A DNA stretch of 64,000 bases from Chloroflexota bacterium (GCA_036841525.1 DAITVZ010000011.1:534-64533); one strand, 5' to 3'; numbered from the stretch's first letter, positions 45,412 through 55,074 are shown. Numbers and translations are program-made. Notes: generated from the letters alone by a model not told the origin.

Positions 45412-46887
45412 CTAGATATGCAGCTCGCACACCCGGCGAAAGTGGTAGCCATAGATGGCCAGCCGGATCGCGTGCGGGAAAAGGCGCGGGCGGTTCGCCA
45501 GGGTCCAAAGCCACAGCCGCCAGTAGTGCAGCCGCTCCTTCCCCCGGATGCCCAGCAGGTAGATGGACCGGAACAGCGCCAGCACATCCTCCTTGGTCAC
45601 GCGCATTTGCACCCGCGGCGGCTGGTACTCGCGGAGAAAGGTGATCACCCGGTCATAGTAGCCCTTGGGCGAATAGATGCGGTGGAGGATGTTCCGGTAG
45701 CCTTGCTTGAGCGCGGCCAGGTCCATCTTGGGGACAATGTTGGTGGAGCCGTCCACGTTGTCGCCCGAGATCTCGGTGGAGAGGCGGCCCTCGCGCTGCA
45801 GGCGGCGATATAAAGGCGTGCCGTGCGGCGCCTGCAACAGCCCGACCATCGCTGTGACGATGCCGCTGCGCTGGATGAACTCGATCTGGCGCTGAAAGAT
45901 CGACGTGGTATCGCTATCAAAGCCGACGATAAAGCCGCCCTGCACTTCCAGCCCCGCCCGCTGCAGGCGCTTGACACTCGCCAGCAGATCGCGCCCCTTG
46001 TTCTGTAGCTTGTTGCACTCGGCGAGGCTCTCCTCGTCCGGCGTCTCGATCCCCACAAAGACCGTGCTAAAGCCCGCCTCCACCATCAGCCGCATCAACT
46101 CTTCGTCATCGGCCAGGTTGATGGACACCTCCGTGTTGAAAACCACCTCCGGCTTGTTCCGGCGCCATGCGGCAAGCGCCGGGAGGATCTCCTCCTTGAG
46201 CTGCCGCCGGTTGCCGATGAAATTGTCGTCCACGAAAAAGATGCCGCCGCGCCATCCTGTCGCGTACAGGCTATCCAGCTCGGCGATGACCTGCGGCGCG
46301 GTCTTGGTGCGGGGGCGGTGCCCCAGCATGGTCGTGATGTTGCAGAAATCGCAGCCGTAGGGGCATCCGCGGGAATACTGGATATTCATGGTAGCATACT
46401 GCCTCATATCCAAGAGCTCCCACAGCGGCGCGGGCGTCTGCCGGATGTCCGGATGCTCGTCGGTGGTGTAGAGATGCTGCGCCTCGCCGCGCTCCAGGTC
46501 CGCCAGGAAGCGCGGCAGCGTGATCTCGCCCTCGTTAAGCACCAGGTGATCCACCTCCGCAAAGCTCTCCGACTCGCTGCTAAAGAGCGGCCCGCCGGCC
46601 ACCACCGGCACGCCCGCCTCCTTGCAGCGGGCGATGGCCGTGCGCGCCGCGCTGCGCTGGACCACCATGGCGCTCACGAAGGCATAGTCGGCCCACTCCA
46701 GGTCGCGCTGGGTCAGCCGCCCCACGTTCAGGTCCACCAGACGCTTGTGCCACTCCTTGGGCAGGAGCGCCGCCACGGTGAGCAGGCCCAGCGGCGGAGA
46801 GGAGGCCTTCTTACGCACGAATGGGAGGGCGTGCCTGAAACTCCAAAAGGTGTCGGGAAACTCGGGGTAGATCAGCAACACGTTCAT
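45412..46887 (-). CDS. B12-binding-domain radical SAM protein (class B) with DUF4070-like C-terminus
   Basis: The N-terminal cobalamin-binding domain is followed by the CPYGCDFC radical-SAM cluster motif. The gene is monocistronic. Confidence 0.8.
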   Translation of the reverse strand: MNVLLIYPEFPDTFWSFRHALPFVRKKASSPPLGLLTVAALLPKEWHKRLVDLNVGRLTQRDLEWADYAFVSAMVVQRSAARTAIARCKEAGVPVVAGGPLFSSESESFAEVDHLVLNEGEITLPRFLADLERGEAQHLYTTDEHPDIRQTPAPLWELLDMRQYATMNIQYSRGCPYGCDFCNITTMLGHRPRTKTAPQVIAELDSLYATGWRGGIFFVDDNFIGNRRQLKEEILPALAAWRRNKPEVVFNTEVSINLADDEELMRLMVEAGFSTVFVGIETPDEESLAECNKLQNKGRDLLASVKRLQRAGLEVQGGFIVGFDSDTTSIFQRQIEFIQRSGIVTAMVGLLQAPHGTPLYRRLQREGRLSTEISGDNVDGSTNIVPKMDLAALKQGYRNILHRIYSPKGYYDRVITFLREYQPPRVQMRVTKEDVLALFRSIYLLGIRGKERLHYWRLWLWTLANRPRLFPHAIRLAIYGYHFRRVCELHI

Positions 46888-46952
46888 CGTCAGCTCCTTC
46901 GGCGAGGTCTCTTCTGGCTCGCAGCCCGGCCTCGCTTCCTCGCCTCCGTTGC

Positions 46953-46981
46953 AGTGTAGCCATCGCCCGGGCTCCGCTCAA
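46953..46981 (-). promoter_or_regulatory. promoter TTGAGC-17-TACACT for the radical SAM gene
   Basis: Read on the minus strand. An AAGGAG SD is present in the ~70-nt leader. Confidence 0.35.
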
Positions 46982-47104
46982 GTGCCGTCGGGCATGTTTG
47001 CCAGGGCCCGACGGCCAGAAGCGGCCTCCGCCCGGTGCTTGCGACACATGACTCGCGGCATACGCCGGGTCGGAAGCGGACCGCTACCGCGCTCGCCGCT
47101 TCTG

Positions 47105-47113
47105 TGTTATAAT
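47105..47113 (+). promoter_or_regulatory. extended -10 TGtTATAAT placing the TSS at or next to the ATG of the kinase gene (leaderless mRNA)
   Basis: TATAAT at 47108-47113 and ATG at 47120. No SD is present. Confidence 0.45.
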
Positions 47114-47119
47114 AACGCC

Positions 47120-48487
47120 ATGTCCGAACAAAACGACCGGAGCGAATCGTCCTACTCCCACCTTCGGGGCATCCTCCATTCCTGGAGCCACGAGTTCACC
47201 GAGGGGCTCTCGGAACGCGTGGTGCCCGTGCCTCCCTTCCGTTTCGTCTTTACCCTGATGTATATCGGCGTCACCGGGACGATCGCCTACTTTGGCGGGC
47301 TGTGGCGCTGGGACGACTCGCTGCCGGTCAGCCGGCCGGTGGGCTTGGGCGTGCTTCTGCTCCTCTTGCTCAGCCTGGAGAGGTTCGAGCAGCGCCGCTA
47401 CTCCGATGGGGCGCCCATCCCCGTGGCCCTGGGGCTCCTCTTGGGCCGCATGGCCCTGTTCGAGGGGATCGTCGCCCTGGATAGCTCGATGGTTTCCCTG
47501 TTTCTCTATCCCATCATCCCTTTTAGCGCCTATTTCGCCTTTGGCTCCACCGCCAGCAACGCACTGGCCATGCTCTACCTGATCGTGGGCATCGTGCGCA
47601 CCCTCCGGCTGAACAGCACCTGGTACCTGGACCCGCAGAACACGACGACGCTGCTGGCCTTTATCTTTGTCACGCTCTTTGTGCAGGTGGTGGCCCCGGT
47701 GATCCGCCGCGACGAGCAAAACCGGCGGCAGATGGAGCAGTTGCTCTCCGACTTGCAGGCCTCGCACCTGCGGCTGCAAGCCTATGCGGCGCAGGTGGCC
47801 GATCTGGCCGCCGCGGAGGAGCGCAATCGGCTGGCGCGCGATATCCACGACTCGCTCGGCCACTATCTCACCGCGGTCAATATCCAGATGGAAAAGTCGC
47901 TCGCCTACTGGGATCGGGATAGGGAGATGGCATTGCAGGCGCTGCAGGAGGCTAAGCGGTCCGCTTCGGAGGCGCTGCAAGACGTGCGTCGCTCGGTCGG
48001 CGCCTTGCGCGAGACGGAGGAGGCCTTCTCGCTGCGGAACGCCCTGCGCGAGCTGGTGGAGCGCGCCAGCAACGACCAGCTATCCATCACGCTGGACATC
48101 ACCGGCCGCGAGGAGGGCTATTCTCGCACGGCGCTGATGGCCCTCTACCGCGCCGTGCAGGAGGGGCTGACGAACACGCAGCGCTACGCACAGGCCAGCC
48201 TGGCCACCATCGAGCTGCACCTTGGCGAGGCTGAGGCGACGCTCTCGCTGCGCGATAACGGGCAGGGCTTTGACCCGGCGATCCTCGACCAACGCCTGGA
48301 CCCGGACCATCAGGGCTATGGACTGCGCGGCATCCGCGAGCGCGTCGAGCTGGTGAGCGGGCGCATGGTCATCACCAGCACGCCAGGGCAAGGCGCCGAG
48401 CTGGCCATCAGCGTGCCCAAGAACTCGAGCCGTCTGATCGGCGGCGAGTGGCTGGACGCGCACGCGCCCGAAGCGAGGTCCCGATGA
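47120..48487 (+). CDS. membrane sensor histidine kinase (HisKA_3/NarX-type)
   Basis: About five N-terminal TM helices are present. The H-box is RDIHDSLGHYL, and an HATPase domain follows (GYGLRGIRER). Confidence 0.85.
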   Translation: MSEQNDRSESSYSHLRGILHSWSHEFTEGLSERVVPVPPFRFVFTLMYIGVTGTIAYFGGLWRWDDSLPVSRPVGLGVLLLLLLSLERFEQRRYSDGAPIPVALGLLLGRMALFEGIVALDSSMVSLFLYPIIPFSAYFAFGSTASNALAMLYLIVGIVRTLRLNSTWYLDPQNTTTLLAFIFVTLFVQVVAPVIRRDEQNRRQMEQLLSDLQASHLRLQAYAAQVADLAAAEERNRLARDIHDSLGHYLTAVNIQMEKSLAYWDRDREMALQALQEAKRSASEALQDVRRSVGALRETEEAFSLRNALRELVERASNDQLSITLDITGREEGYSRTALMALYRAVQEGLTNTQRYAQASLATIELHLGEAEATLSLRDNGQGFDPAILDQRLDPDHQGYGLRGIRERVELVSGRMVITSTPGQGAELAISVPKNSSRLIGGEWLDAHAPEARSR

Positions 48488-49140
48488 AGCGAGAGGTCCG
48501 CGTGCTGGTGGTGGATGATCAGGTCCTGGTGCGCGAGGGGATCGCCTCGTTGCTCGAGATTCAGGAGGGCATCCGGGTAGTTGGCACCGCGGCCGATGGT
48601 CGCGAGGCGGTGGAGCAGGCGGCGGCCCTCTCTCCGGACGTGGTGCTGATGGATATCCGCATGCCGGTCATGGACGGCATCGCCGCCACCGCCGCGCTCA
48701 GGCAAAAGTCGCCCGGCTGCCAGGTGCTCATGCTGACCACCTTTGACGACGACGAGTACGTGGTCAAGTCGCTGCGCGCTGGCGCCCAGGGCTACCTGCT
48801 CAAAGACATCCCCGCCGCCGACCTGGCCCAGGCGATCCGCCTCACTCACGCCGGCATCTATCAGCTCGCCCCCACCGTGGCTGGCAAGCTCATCGGCCAG
48901 CTTGGGCTGGATGCCGGAGTCCCGCCTCGGCCAGTCACCCCTGTGGAGCACGACCTGACCGAGCGCGAGCTAGAGGTCCTGCGCCTGGTCGCCACAGGCG
49001 CCACCAACCGCGAGATCGCGGAGCGGCTCTACGTGAGCGAGGGCACCGTCAAGAACCACGTCTCCAACATCCTCGGGCGGCTCGGGCTGCGCGACCGGCT
49101 GCAGGCCGCGCTCTTTGCCCATGAGCATGGGTTGGCCTGA
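48484..49140 (+). CDS. NarL/FixJ-family response regulator (REC + LuxR HTH)
   Basis: An ATGA overlap links it to the kinase gene. The REC domain (VDDQ...D...K) and the LuxR HTH 'ATNREIAERLYVSEGTVKNH' are present. Confidence 0.9.
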   Translation: MKREVRVLVVDDQVLVREGIASLLEIQEGIRVVGTAADGREAVEQAAALSPDVVLMDIRMPVMDGIAATAALRQKSPGCQVLMLTTFDDDEYVVKSLRAGAQGYLLKDIPAADLAQAIRLTHAGIYQLAPTVAGKLIGQLGLDAGVPPRPVTPVEHDLTERELEVLRLVATGATNREIAERLYVSEGTVKNHVSNILGRLGLRDRLQAALFAHEHGLA

Positions 49141-49154
49141 GCCCATTGGCCCGT

Positions 49155-49817
49155 TCACCTGACCAGGGACACGAGCGCCGTCCCAGGCAGCGGGCGCGAG
49201 CCGTGCCCAGGGTAGATCGTGGCCGGGTGGAGGGCGGCCAGCCGCGCCAGGCTTGCCCGCAGCGCCAGCCAGTCGCAGGCATAGAGGCACTGGGCGTGCG
49301 GCCGCCCCGTGGTGGAGACCAGGTCGCCGACAAAACAGAGCCCCTCGCCTACCCACAGGGCGCTGGAGCCGGGCGTGTGTCCAGGAAGGTGCAAAGCCCT
49401 CCCCTCCACGCCCAAGCCATCCAGGCCGTCGCCATCGTCCAGCAGGATATCCGCCCGCGTCGCCTCCACGCCCAGGGCTTGCTCCGCCAGCGGCAGCACG
49501 TAGCGAGTCAGCCGGCCCCTGCCGCGCGCCTCGCCCAGCGGCGTCTCCCCACGGGCCATCGCCTCCGCGTCGGCGCGGTGTATGGCGATGGGCGCGCCGG
49601 TCAGCCGCCGCAACGCCGCCGCGCTGCCATAGTGGTCGAAATGCCCGTGGGTGATGTAGATCAGCCGCAGGTCATCCCGGTCCAGCGCGCGCATGCGCTG
49701 CAAGACCCGGCGCTCCTGCCCTGGCGAACCCGCATCCACCAAGACCAGCCCGGCACCGTCCTCCACAAGATAGCCAGAGGCCATGCCCATGGGGATACGG
49801 TGGACCCTGATGGCCAT
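49155..49817 (-). CDS. MBL-fold metallo-hydrolase
   Basis: The HxHxDH motif ITHGHFDHYG is present. The start is coupled to the GNAT stop; the ATG at 49832 is an alternative start. Confidence 0.7.
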   Translation of the reverse strand: MAIRVHRIPMGMASGYLVEDGAGLVLVDAGSPGQERRVLQRMRALDRDDLRLIYITHGHFDHYGSAAALRRLTGAPIAIHRADAEAMARGETPLGEARGRGRLTRYVLPLAEQALGVEATRADILLDDGDGLDGLGVEGRALHLPGHTPGSSALWVGEGLCFVGDLVSTTGRPHAQCLYACDWLALRASLARLAALHPATIYPGHGSRPLPGTALVSLVR

Positions 49818-49818
49818 G

Positions 49819-50310
49819 CTAACCCATCGCATCCAGTCGATCGAGGCCGATCCACATCCGCTCGTTGAACACCGTAAAGCCCTGGCGGCGGAAGAACGCC
49901 TTGGCTTGCTCGTTGAACGACCACACGTCGAGCTGAACCATGGAGACGCCCCGCTCCCTAGCCAGGCCGAGCACTTGCCCGATCAGCGCCCGCCCCACGC
50001 CCCGCCGGCGGCACGCGGACTGAACGGCCAGATGGTTGATATAGGCCACCTCCATCCCGTAGCGATAGGAGGTCTCGGGCAGGGATAGCAGCCTGGCCCA
50101 AATGTAGCCCACGGCGCTCTCGCCCTCGCAGGCGAGAAACACGTGGTTGCGCGCGTCATCGAACCACCGCGCCACCTCCTCCGGCGGGAACGCCCCGCTG
50201 GAAGGCGGCTTGAAGATGCGAGGCAGAGCTTGAGCGTGCAGCGCCTGCACCTCCACGTTCAGCTCCGAGATGGACGAGGCGTCATCTACTGTCGCCGGCC
50301 TGATCTGCAT
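49819..50310 (-). CDS. GNAT family N-acetyltransferase
   Basis: The motif RRRGVGRAL is present. GGAGG SD. Confidence 0.65.
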   Translation of the reverse strand: MQIRPATVDDASSISELNVEVQALHAQALPRIFKPPSSGAFPPEEVARWFDDARNHVFLACEGESAVGYIWARLLSLPETSYRYGMEVAYINHLAVQSACRRRGVGRALIGQVLGLARERGVSMVQLDVWSFNEQAKAFFRRQGFTVFNERMWIGLDRLDAMG

Positions 50311-50328
50311 AGCAGCGCCTCCGCGCAT

Positions 50329-51357
50329 CTACCCTGCATCCGCTCGGCAGGCTTCGAGCACGCGCATCAGCTCCCGCGACGCCTCGATGGGCACAAAGGG
50401 CGGCTCGCCCAGGGCGAAGAAGCGGTAGCACTCCTCGTAAAAGTCCACCCCGGCATAGTTGGCCAGGGGGAAGGTCTCTTCTCTCCAGGGGATCGCCGGA
50501 TCGCGGGGGTATTCGCGCCCCGGCGCCGCCAGCCCCTCGTGCAGCTCTTGCGGGGGCAGCTCCTCGGGCAGGTAGTAGCGCACCCGCCATGCCCGGGCGC
50601 CCAGGTCCAGCGTGGCGCTGCCGCGCGCCCCCAGCACTTGCCAGGGCGACATCTCTTGCGCCGCCGCCATGTTGATGTCCACGTCCAGCATCACACCGCT
50701 CTCGGTCTCGATGAGCGCCTTCACCACGTCCTCGGCGTCCCCCAGGCTGGCGATGGTGCGCAACACGCAGCGAATCCGCTTGGCCGGCGACCCCGCCACG
50801 TAGAGCAACTGGTCGATATAGTGCGCGCCATAGTTGTTGAGCATCCCCCCGCCATGGGCGCGAAAAGCCTGCCAGTCGTTGCGCCGGACGTAGCGCGCCT
50901 CCGCGCGTTTCATCAGGTAGGGCGCGCCCAGCAGCCCGCGGCGCAGAATGTCCTGCAACGCCACCGTTTCGACCCGGCCCCGGTGCGGCTGGTACACTGT
51001 CAGCTTGCGGCCATGCTGCTGGGCCGCGGCGATCATGCGGTCCGCTTCAGCCAGCGAGGGCGCCAGCGGCTTGTCGCAAAAGACGTCGCAGCCCGCCTCG
51101 AAGGCGGCCAGGGCTTGCTCCGCATGAAACTGCGTCGGCGAGGCGATCACCACCAGGTCCAGCGCCTCCGCCGCCAGCAGTGCTCGATGGTCCGGGTATC
51201 CCCAGGCGCCGAATTTGGCCCTCGCCTCCTCGCGGCGCTCCGGCAGGGGATCCACCACCGCCGCCACCTCGAACCCCTGATGCCGCGCCGCTTCCTGCAG
51301 ATGAAACTGCCAGCCCACGCGCCCCAACCCGATGATCGCTGTGCGAAGCCTCTTCAT
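50329..51357 (-). CDS. Gfo/Idh/MocA family oxidoreductase
   Basis: GGAGGAAGG SD. The N-terminus is MKRLRTAIIGLGRVG. The rest of the 921-aa frame is antisense shadow. Confidence 0.75.
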   Translation of the reverse strand: MKRLRTAIIGLGRVGWQFHLQEAARHQGFEVAAVVDPLPERREEARAKFGAWGYPDHRALLAAEALDLVVIASPTQFHAEQALAAFEAGCDVFCDKPLAPSLAEADRMIAAAQQHGRKLTVYQPHRGRVETVALQDILRRGLLGAPYLMKRAEARYVRRNDWQAFRAHGGGMLNNYGAHYIDQLLYVAGSPAKRIRCVLRTIASLGDAEDVVKALIETESGVMLDVDINMAAAQEMSPWQVLGARGSATLDLGARAWRVRYYLPEELPPQELHEGLAAPGREYPRDPAIPWREETFPLANYAGVDFYEECYRFFALGEPPFVPIEASRELMRVLEACRADAG

Positions 51358-51406
51358 GGCCTTCCTCCCGCAAGTTTGCCCGCCGACGGGCCGCAGCCCC
51401 GGCGTT

Positions 51407-51434
51407 TTGATCGTTTGGGCGGCCCAAGTATAAT
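51407..51434 (+). promoter_or_regulatory. promoter TTGATC-16-TATAAT for the heparinase-like gene
   Basis: -35 at 51407-51412 and -10 at 51429-51434. Confidence 0.55.
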
Positions 51435-51465
51435 TGCGTTGATCTTTTGCTGCAAGGAGGACCGC

Positions 51466-53268
51466 ATGTACGAAGAAGCCAAGATCCAACGGACCCCTGA
51501 GGAGCTCGCGCAACTGCTGAGCCAGGCCCCGGCTACCTGCCTGGTCCCCGAGTTGCTCGAGATCGCCCGCAACCCGCTCCCCGCGCGCGAGCTGCCCGGC
51601 GCCCGCCTGGTCGCAGAGACGCTGGCGCCCTTCCTGGCCGACGCGGCCCATATCCCGCACCTGCCTTACACCCTCTATCGCGAGTTCCAGCGCACTGGCG
51701 AGCGCCGCGGCTATCAGACGCCCTACCAGGAAAAGCGCGCCAAGATGGTCGCCCTGGCGGTGCAACTGCTCCTCGGCGACACGTCTCGTCGCGAGCTCCT
51801 GCAGGACTATCTCTGGTCCACCTGCGAGGAGACCAACTGGGTCATCCCCGCCCACGAGACGCGCGAGATCGACCTGACCTCGGCGGCAACGGGCTTTTCC
51901 CTGGCCGAAATCATCGTGGGCCTGGGCGAGCAACTCTCCGACGAGGTCGTCGCTCGCGTGCGCGCCGAGATCGAGCGCCGCATCTTTGAGCCCTACCTGG
52001 CGCGCCACGACAGCCTGAACTGGTTCCACGGGCACAACAACTGGAACGGCGTCTGCAACAGCGCCGTCGCCGCCACCTTCCTGCACCTGGAACAAGACAC
52101 GGGCAGGCTGGCCCGCGCCCTGAGCCTGGCCCTGGAGGGGCTGGAGGTCTTTTTGGCGACGGCCTTCGAGTACGAGGGCAGTTCCACCGAGGGGACCAGC
52201 TATTGGCAGTACGGACTGAGCAACCTGATCGCTTTCAGCGAGATGCTGCGACTCCGCACCGCCGGTGCCATCGACCTGCTGGCCCTGCCGCGCCTGAAGG
52301 ACATCGCCCACTATCCGACGCGCACCATGCTCTCGGTGGGTCGCTATGCCAACTTTGCCGATTGCGAAGAGGTCGTGGCCTTCAACCCGGGCCTCTTTGG
52401 CCGGATGGCCGAGCGCACCGGCGTACCGGCGCTGAAAGAGGTGCTGGCCGAGGGCGCCCCGCTGCTCCGGGAGACGAACTGGGGCCGCTTCCACAAGATG
52501 TGGCGGGCCCTGGCCTGGTGGGACGGCCAGCGGCCCCAGGCCATCACCATCGGCGATACCTGGGCGCGCGACGTCGGCCTGGTGCGCCTGGCCGCGACGC
52601 TGCCCAATGGCGCTCCGGTCGTCCTGGCGGCCAAGGCTGGGCACAACGCCGAGAACCACAACCACAACGACGTTGGCAGCTTTATCCTGCACGTGGACGG
52701 CGAGAGCCTGCTCTGCGAGCCGGGTCGAGGGCTCTACAGCCGAGACTATTTCAGCCCGCGCCGCTATGAGAATATCTTTGCCAGCTCTTTCGGCCACAGC
52801 GTCCCCGTCGTGGCCGGGCAGCTCCAGGCCCCGGGCCGCGAGCGCGAGGGGCACATCACCGGCTTTGCCAGCGGCCGCCGGCGCTTCGTCAAGATCGACA
52901 TGCTCAAGGCCTATGACTTTCCCGACGCCGAGACCATCGAGCGCGAGATCAGCCTGGACTGGGCTGCCGGCACGATCACCATCGAGGACTCGTTCCTCTT
53001 TGACAAGACCTCGCAGCCCATCGAGGAGGCCTTCGTCACCTGGCAGGAGGTGACCGTCGAGGGCGCCACCGCCCGCATCCTGGGTGAGCGACACGTGCTC
53101 GAGCTAGAGATCACCTCACCTCGCGCCGCCGAGTTCGGGCTGACCGTCCTGTCCGCCGAATCCGAGGCTAACGCCAAGCCCACGCCCCTCAAGCGGTTGA
53201 CCATCGTCACCCCGCCGCACAAGATCACCCGCTTCACCATCGTGGGCCGCATCCTGCCACGCCAATAG
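51466..53268 (+). CDS. heparinase II/III-like family protein (polysaccharide-lyase-like; no signal peptide)
   Basis: AAGGAGG SD. A C-terminal NHNHNDVGSF-type motif is present, together with an alginate-lyase-like helical N-terminus. Confidence 0.65.
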   Translation: MYEEAKIQRTPEELAQLLSQAPATCLVPELLEIARNPLPARELPGARLVAETLAPFLADAAHIPHLPYTLYREFQRTGERRGYQTPYQEKRAKMVALAVQLLLGDTSRRELLQDYLWSTCEETNWVIPAHETREIDLTSAATGFSLAEIIVGLGEQLSDEVVARVRAEIERRIFEPYLARHDSLNWFHGHNNWNGVCNSAVAATFLHLEQDTGRLARALSLALEGLEVFLATAFEYEGSSTEGTSYWQYGLSNLIAFSEMLRLRTAGAIDLLALPRLKDIAHYPTRTMLSVGRYANFADCEEVVAFNPGLFGRMAERTGVPALKEVLAEGAPLLRETNWGRFHKMWRALAWWDGQRPQAITIGDTWARDVGLVRLAATLPNGAPVVLAAKAGHNAENHNHNDVGSFILHVDGESLLCEPGRGLYSRDYFSPRRYENIFASSFGHSVPVVAGQLQAPGREREGHITGFASGRRRFVKIDMLKAYDFPDAETIEREISLDWAAGTITIEDSFLFDKTSQPIEEAFVTWQEVTVEGATARILGERHVLELEITSPRAAEFGLTVLSAESEANAKPTPLKRLTIVTPPHKITRFTIVGRILPRQ

Positions 53269-53289
53269 CGCCCTGCACGCAACGAGCCC

Positions 53290-53326
53290 AAACGCGGGCC
53301 CTCTCCGATCGAGAGGACCCGCGTTT
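53290..53326. terminator. bidirectional terminator (16-bp stem) between convergent genes
   Basis: AAACGCGGGCCCTCTC cgatc GAGAGGACCCGCGTTT is followed by CTTGTT. Confidence 0.6.
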
Positions 53327-53330
53327 CTTG

Positions 53331-54872
53331 TTACTTGCCCGGCCAGTCGGAGAAGGCATCCTCCGCGCGCTCGGCGATCACCCGGGGATGATAGAGCAGA
53401 GCGTCCCCATCGATTACCCTGCCGGACGGCATGATATAGAGGTTGCCCTTGGCCTCAGGCACGTTCTGTCGATACTCCTCTTTCAGCCCGCCGTCGCGCA
53501 CCGTGCGCTCCCACTCGGCCGCCTCGAAATCCATGCTCTCCATGGCCAGTTGGGCCAGCCGATCCAGCGCCGCCTGCTGCTCGGGCGTCCGCCGTCGGAT
53601 CAGGAGGTTGTGCTGCTCATCAGGGTCCTCGCGCAGGTCGAAAAAGAGCGGCGGCGCGGCGCGGAACCGCACATACTTCCATCCGCGCCAGCGGATCATC
53701 CGGAACTCGGTGCCCGGGCCCCAGCGCGGCGTCAGGCCATCGCAAAAGACCGGGCGATCGGGGTCTAGGTGGCCCCCACACAGGGCCGGCGAGAGGTCGC
53801 GGCCATCCAGCTCGCCCGGGGCCTCCGCTCCGGCCAGCGCGCACAGCGTGGGAAACAGGTCCACCAGACCCACCGGCATCTGGCAGCGCGTCGCAGGCGA
53901 TTCGCCGCGGCGCTGCTCCGGCAGCGACACGATGAGCGGCACGCGGGTGCAGCCCTCGTACCACCCGTTCTTCCACCAGGCGCCGTGTTCCCCCGCCATC
54001 TCGCCGTGGTCGGTGGAGTAGACGATAACGGTATTCTCCAACAGCCCGCTGGCCTCCAGCCGCAGCAGCAGGTCGCCGATGACCTCATCCAGGTAGCTGA
54101 CGTTGGCAAAGTAGGCCGCCCGCGCCCGCATCATCTCGTCGTGCCCGATGTCGTCCACCCGAAAGCCTCGCCGCATCCCCACGCTCATCGGGTGATCGTA
54201 GGCGTCGCCGCCCGGGCCGACCCTCGGCGGGGTCACGCCGTTGGGCCAGTAGCGCTCCACGTGACGCCGCGGCGCCGTGAGGGGAAAGTGCGGTCGGCTG
54301 AACGACGCGCAGAGAAACCACGGCTGGTCAGCCTGGGCGTGCTGATGCTCGCGCAGCCAGGCCACCGTCTCATGGCAGACGATCTCGTCCTGCAGCAGGC
54401 TTTCGGGGATGCCGGTCACGCCCACGTGGCTCGTGCGGGTGCGCATCGCGTGGCGGTCGTTGTCGTCTAGCGGCTCCCACTGGTGGCCGCACTTGCCGGT
54501 CAAGTCGCCATAGGGCCGGTGCTGAAAGCCCGCGAACTGGGCGCTCCCGCCCAGATGCATCTTGCCCACCAGGCAGGTGGCATAGCCGGCCTCCCCCAAC
54601 GTCCGCGCTATGGTGGGCAGCGTGGGCCGCAGCACCGACTCGTTGGTCCATGCACCCGAGGCGCGCACCTCCCGTCCGGTGAGCAGCGAGATGCGCGAGG
54701 GCGTGCAGAGCGGCATCTGGCAATAGGCGTCGGTAAAGACGGTGCCCCGTTCGGCCAGCCGGTCCAGGGTGGGTGTCCGCGCGGGCTCGCCGCCCTCGCC
54801 TGGCGGCGTGTGGCCCATGTAGCGAAAGCTGTGCTCGTCGCTGAACAGGAACAGGATATTGGGCTTGGACAT
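53331..54872 (-). CDS. sulfatase (formylglycine-dependent, arylsulfatase family); apparently cytoplasmic
   Basis: The C-T-P-S-R motif 'LCTPSRISLLTGR' and the N-terminus ILFLFSDEH are present. There is no signal peptide. Confidence 0.85.
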   Translation of the reverse strand: MSKPNILFLFSDEHSFRYMGHTPPGEGGEPARTPTLDRLAERGTVFTDAYCQMPLCTPSRISLLTGREVRASGAWTNESVLRPTLPTIARTLGEAGYATCLVGKMHLGGSAQFAGFQHRPYGDLTGKCGHQWEPLDDNDRHAMRTRTSHVGVTGIPESLLQDEIVCHETVAWLREHQHAQADQPWFLCASFSRPHFPLTAPRRHVERYWPNGVTPPRVGPGGDAYDHPMSVGMRRGFRVDDIGHDEMMRARAAYFANVSYLDEVIGDLLLRLEASGLLENTVIVYSTDHGEMAGEHGAWWKNGWYEGCTRVPLIVSLPEQRRGESPATRCQMPVGLVDLFPTLCALAGAEAPGELDGRDLSPALCGGHLDPDRPVFCDGLTPRWGPGTEFRMIRWRGWKYVRFRAAPPLFFDLREDPDEQHNLLIRRRTPEQQAALDRLAQLAMESMDFEAAEWERTVRDGGLKEEYRQNVPEAKGNLYIMPSGRVIDGDALLYHPRVIAERAEDAFSDWPGK

Positions 54873-54971
54873 GAGCGCTCCTTGCTACGCGTTGCGCGCT
54901 GGTGATGCCTCCATTGTACGTAAAAGCGCGATTTCCTGCCAGGGGCGAAACGGGACGGCCAGTGAAACGTA

Positions 54972-54980
54972 TGGTATAAT
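54972..54980 (+). promoter_or_regulatory. extended -10 TGgTATAAT upstream of the ABC transporter genes
   Basis: TATAAT at 54975-54980, leaving a ~90-nt leader before the ATG at 55075. Confidence 0.45.
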
Positions 54981-55074
54981 GCATTCGATCTCGCAGCGCG
55001 AGCTCGCTGAGGCGATGCGGAGCCGGAAGAGCGCCAGCGCCTCATGCTGGCGGAACCAGATGCCGGAGGGACCG

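Noticed and set aside
46811-47047. 78-aa minus-strand ORF considered as a possible radical-SAM precursor peptide
   Set aside because: It overlaps the radical SAM start and its promoter. It is Arg/Gly-rich with no leader- or core-like features and is likely spurious.
50143-51465. 5' extension of the 1041-aa plus-strand ORF, and the 921-aa minus-strand ORF 50329..53094
   Set aside because: The true genes are the Gfo/Idh/MocA gene (50329..51357-) and the heparinase-like gene (51466..53268+), each with its own SD. The extensions are antisense read-through in GC-rich DNA.
54859-55074. N-terminal extension of the ABC ATPase ORF (MGLDMSAPC...)
   Set aside because: It has no SD and runs through the extended -10 promoter. 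The ATG at 55075 has a GGAGGG SD and marks the start of the conserved ATPase.
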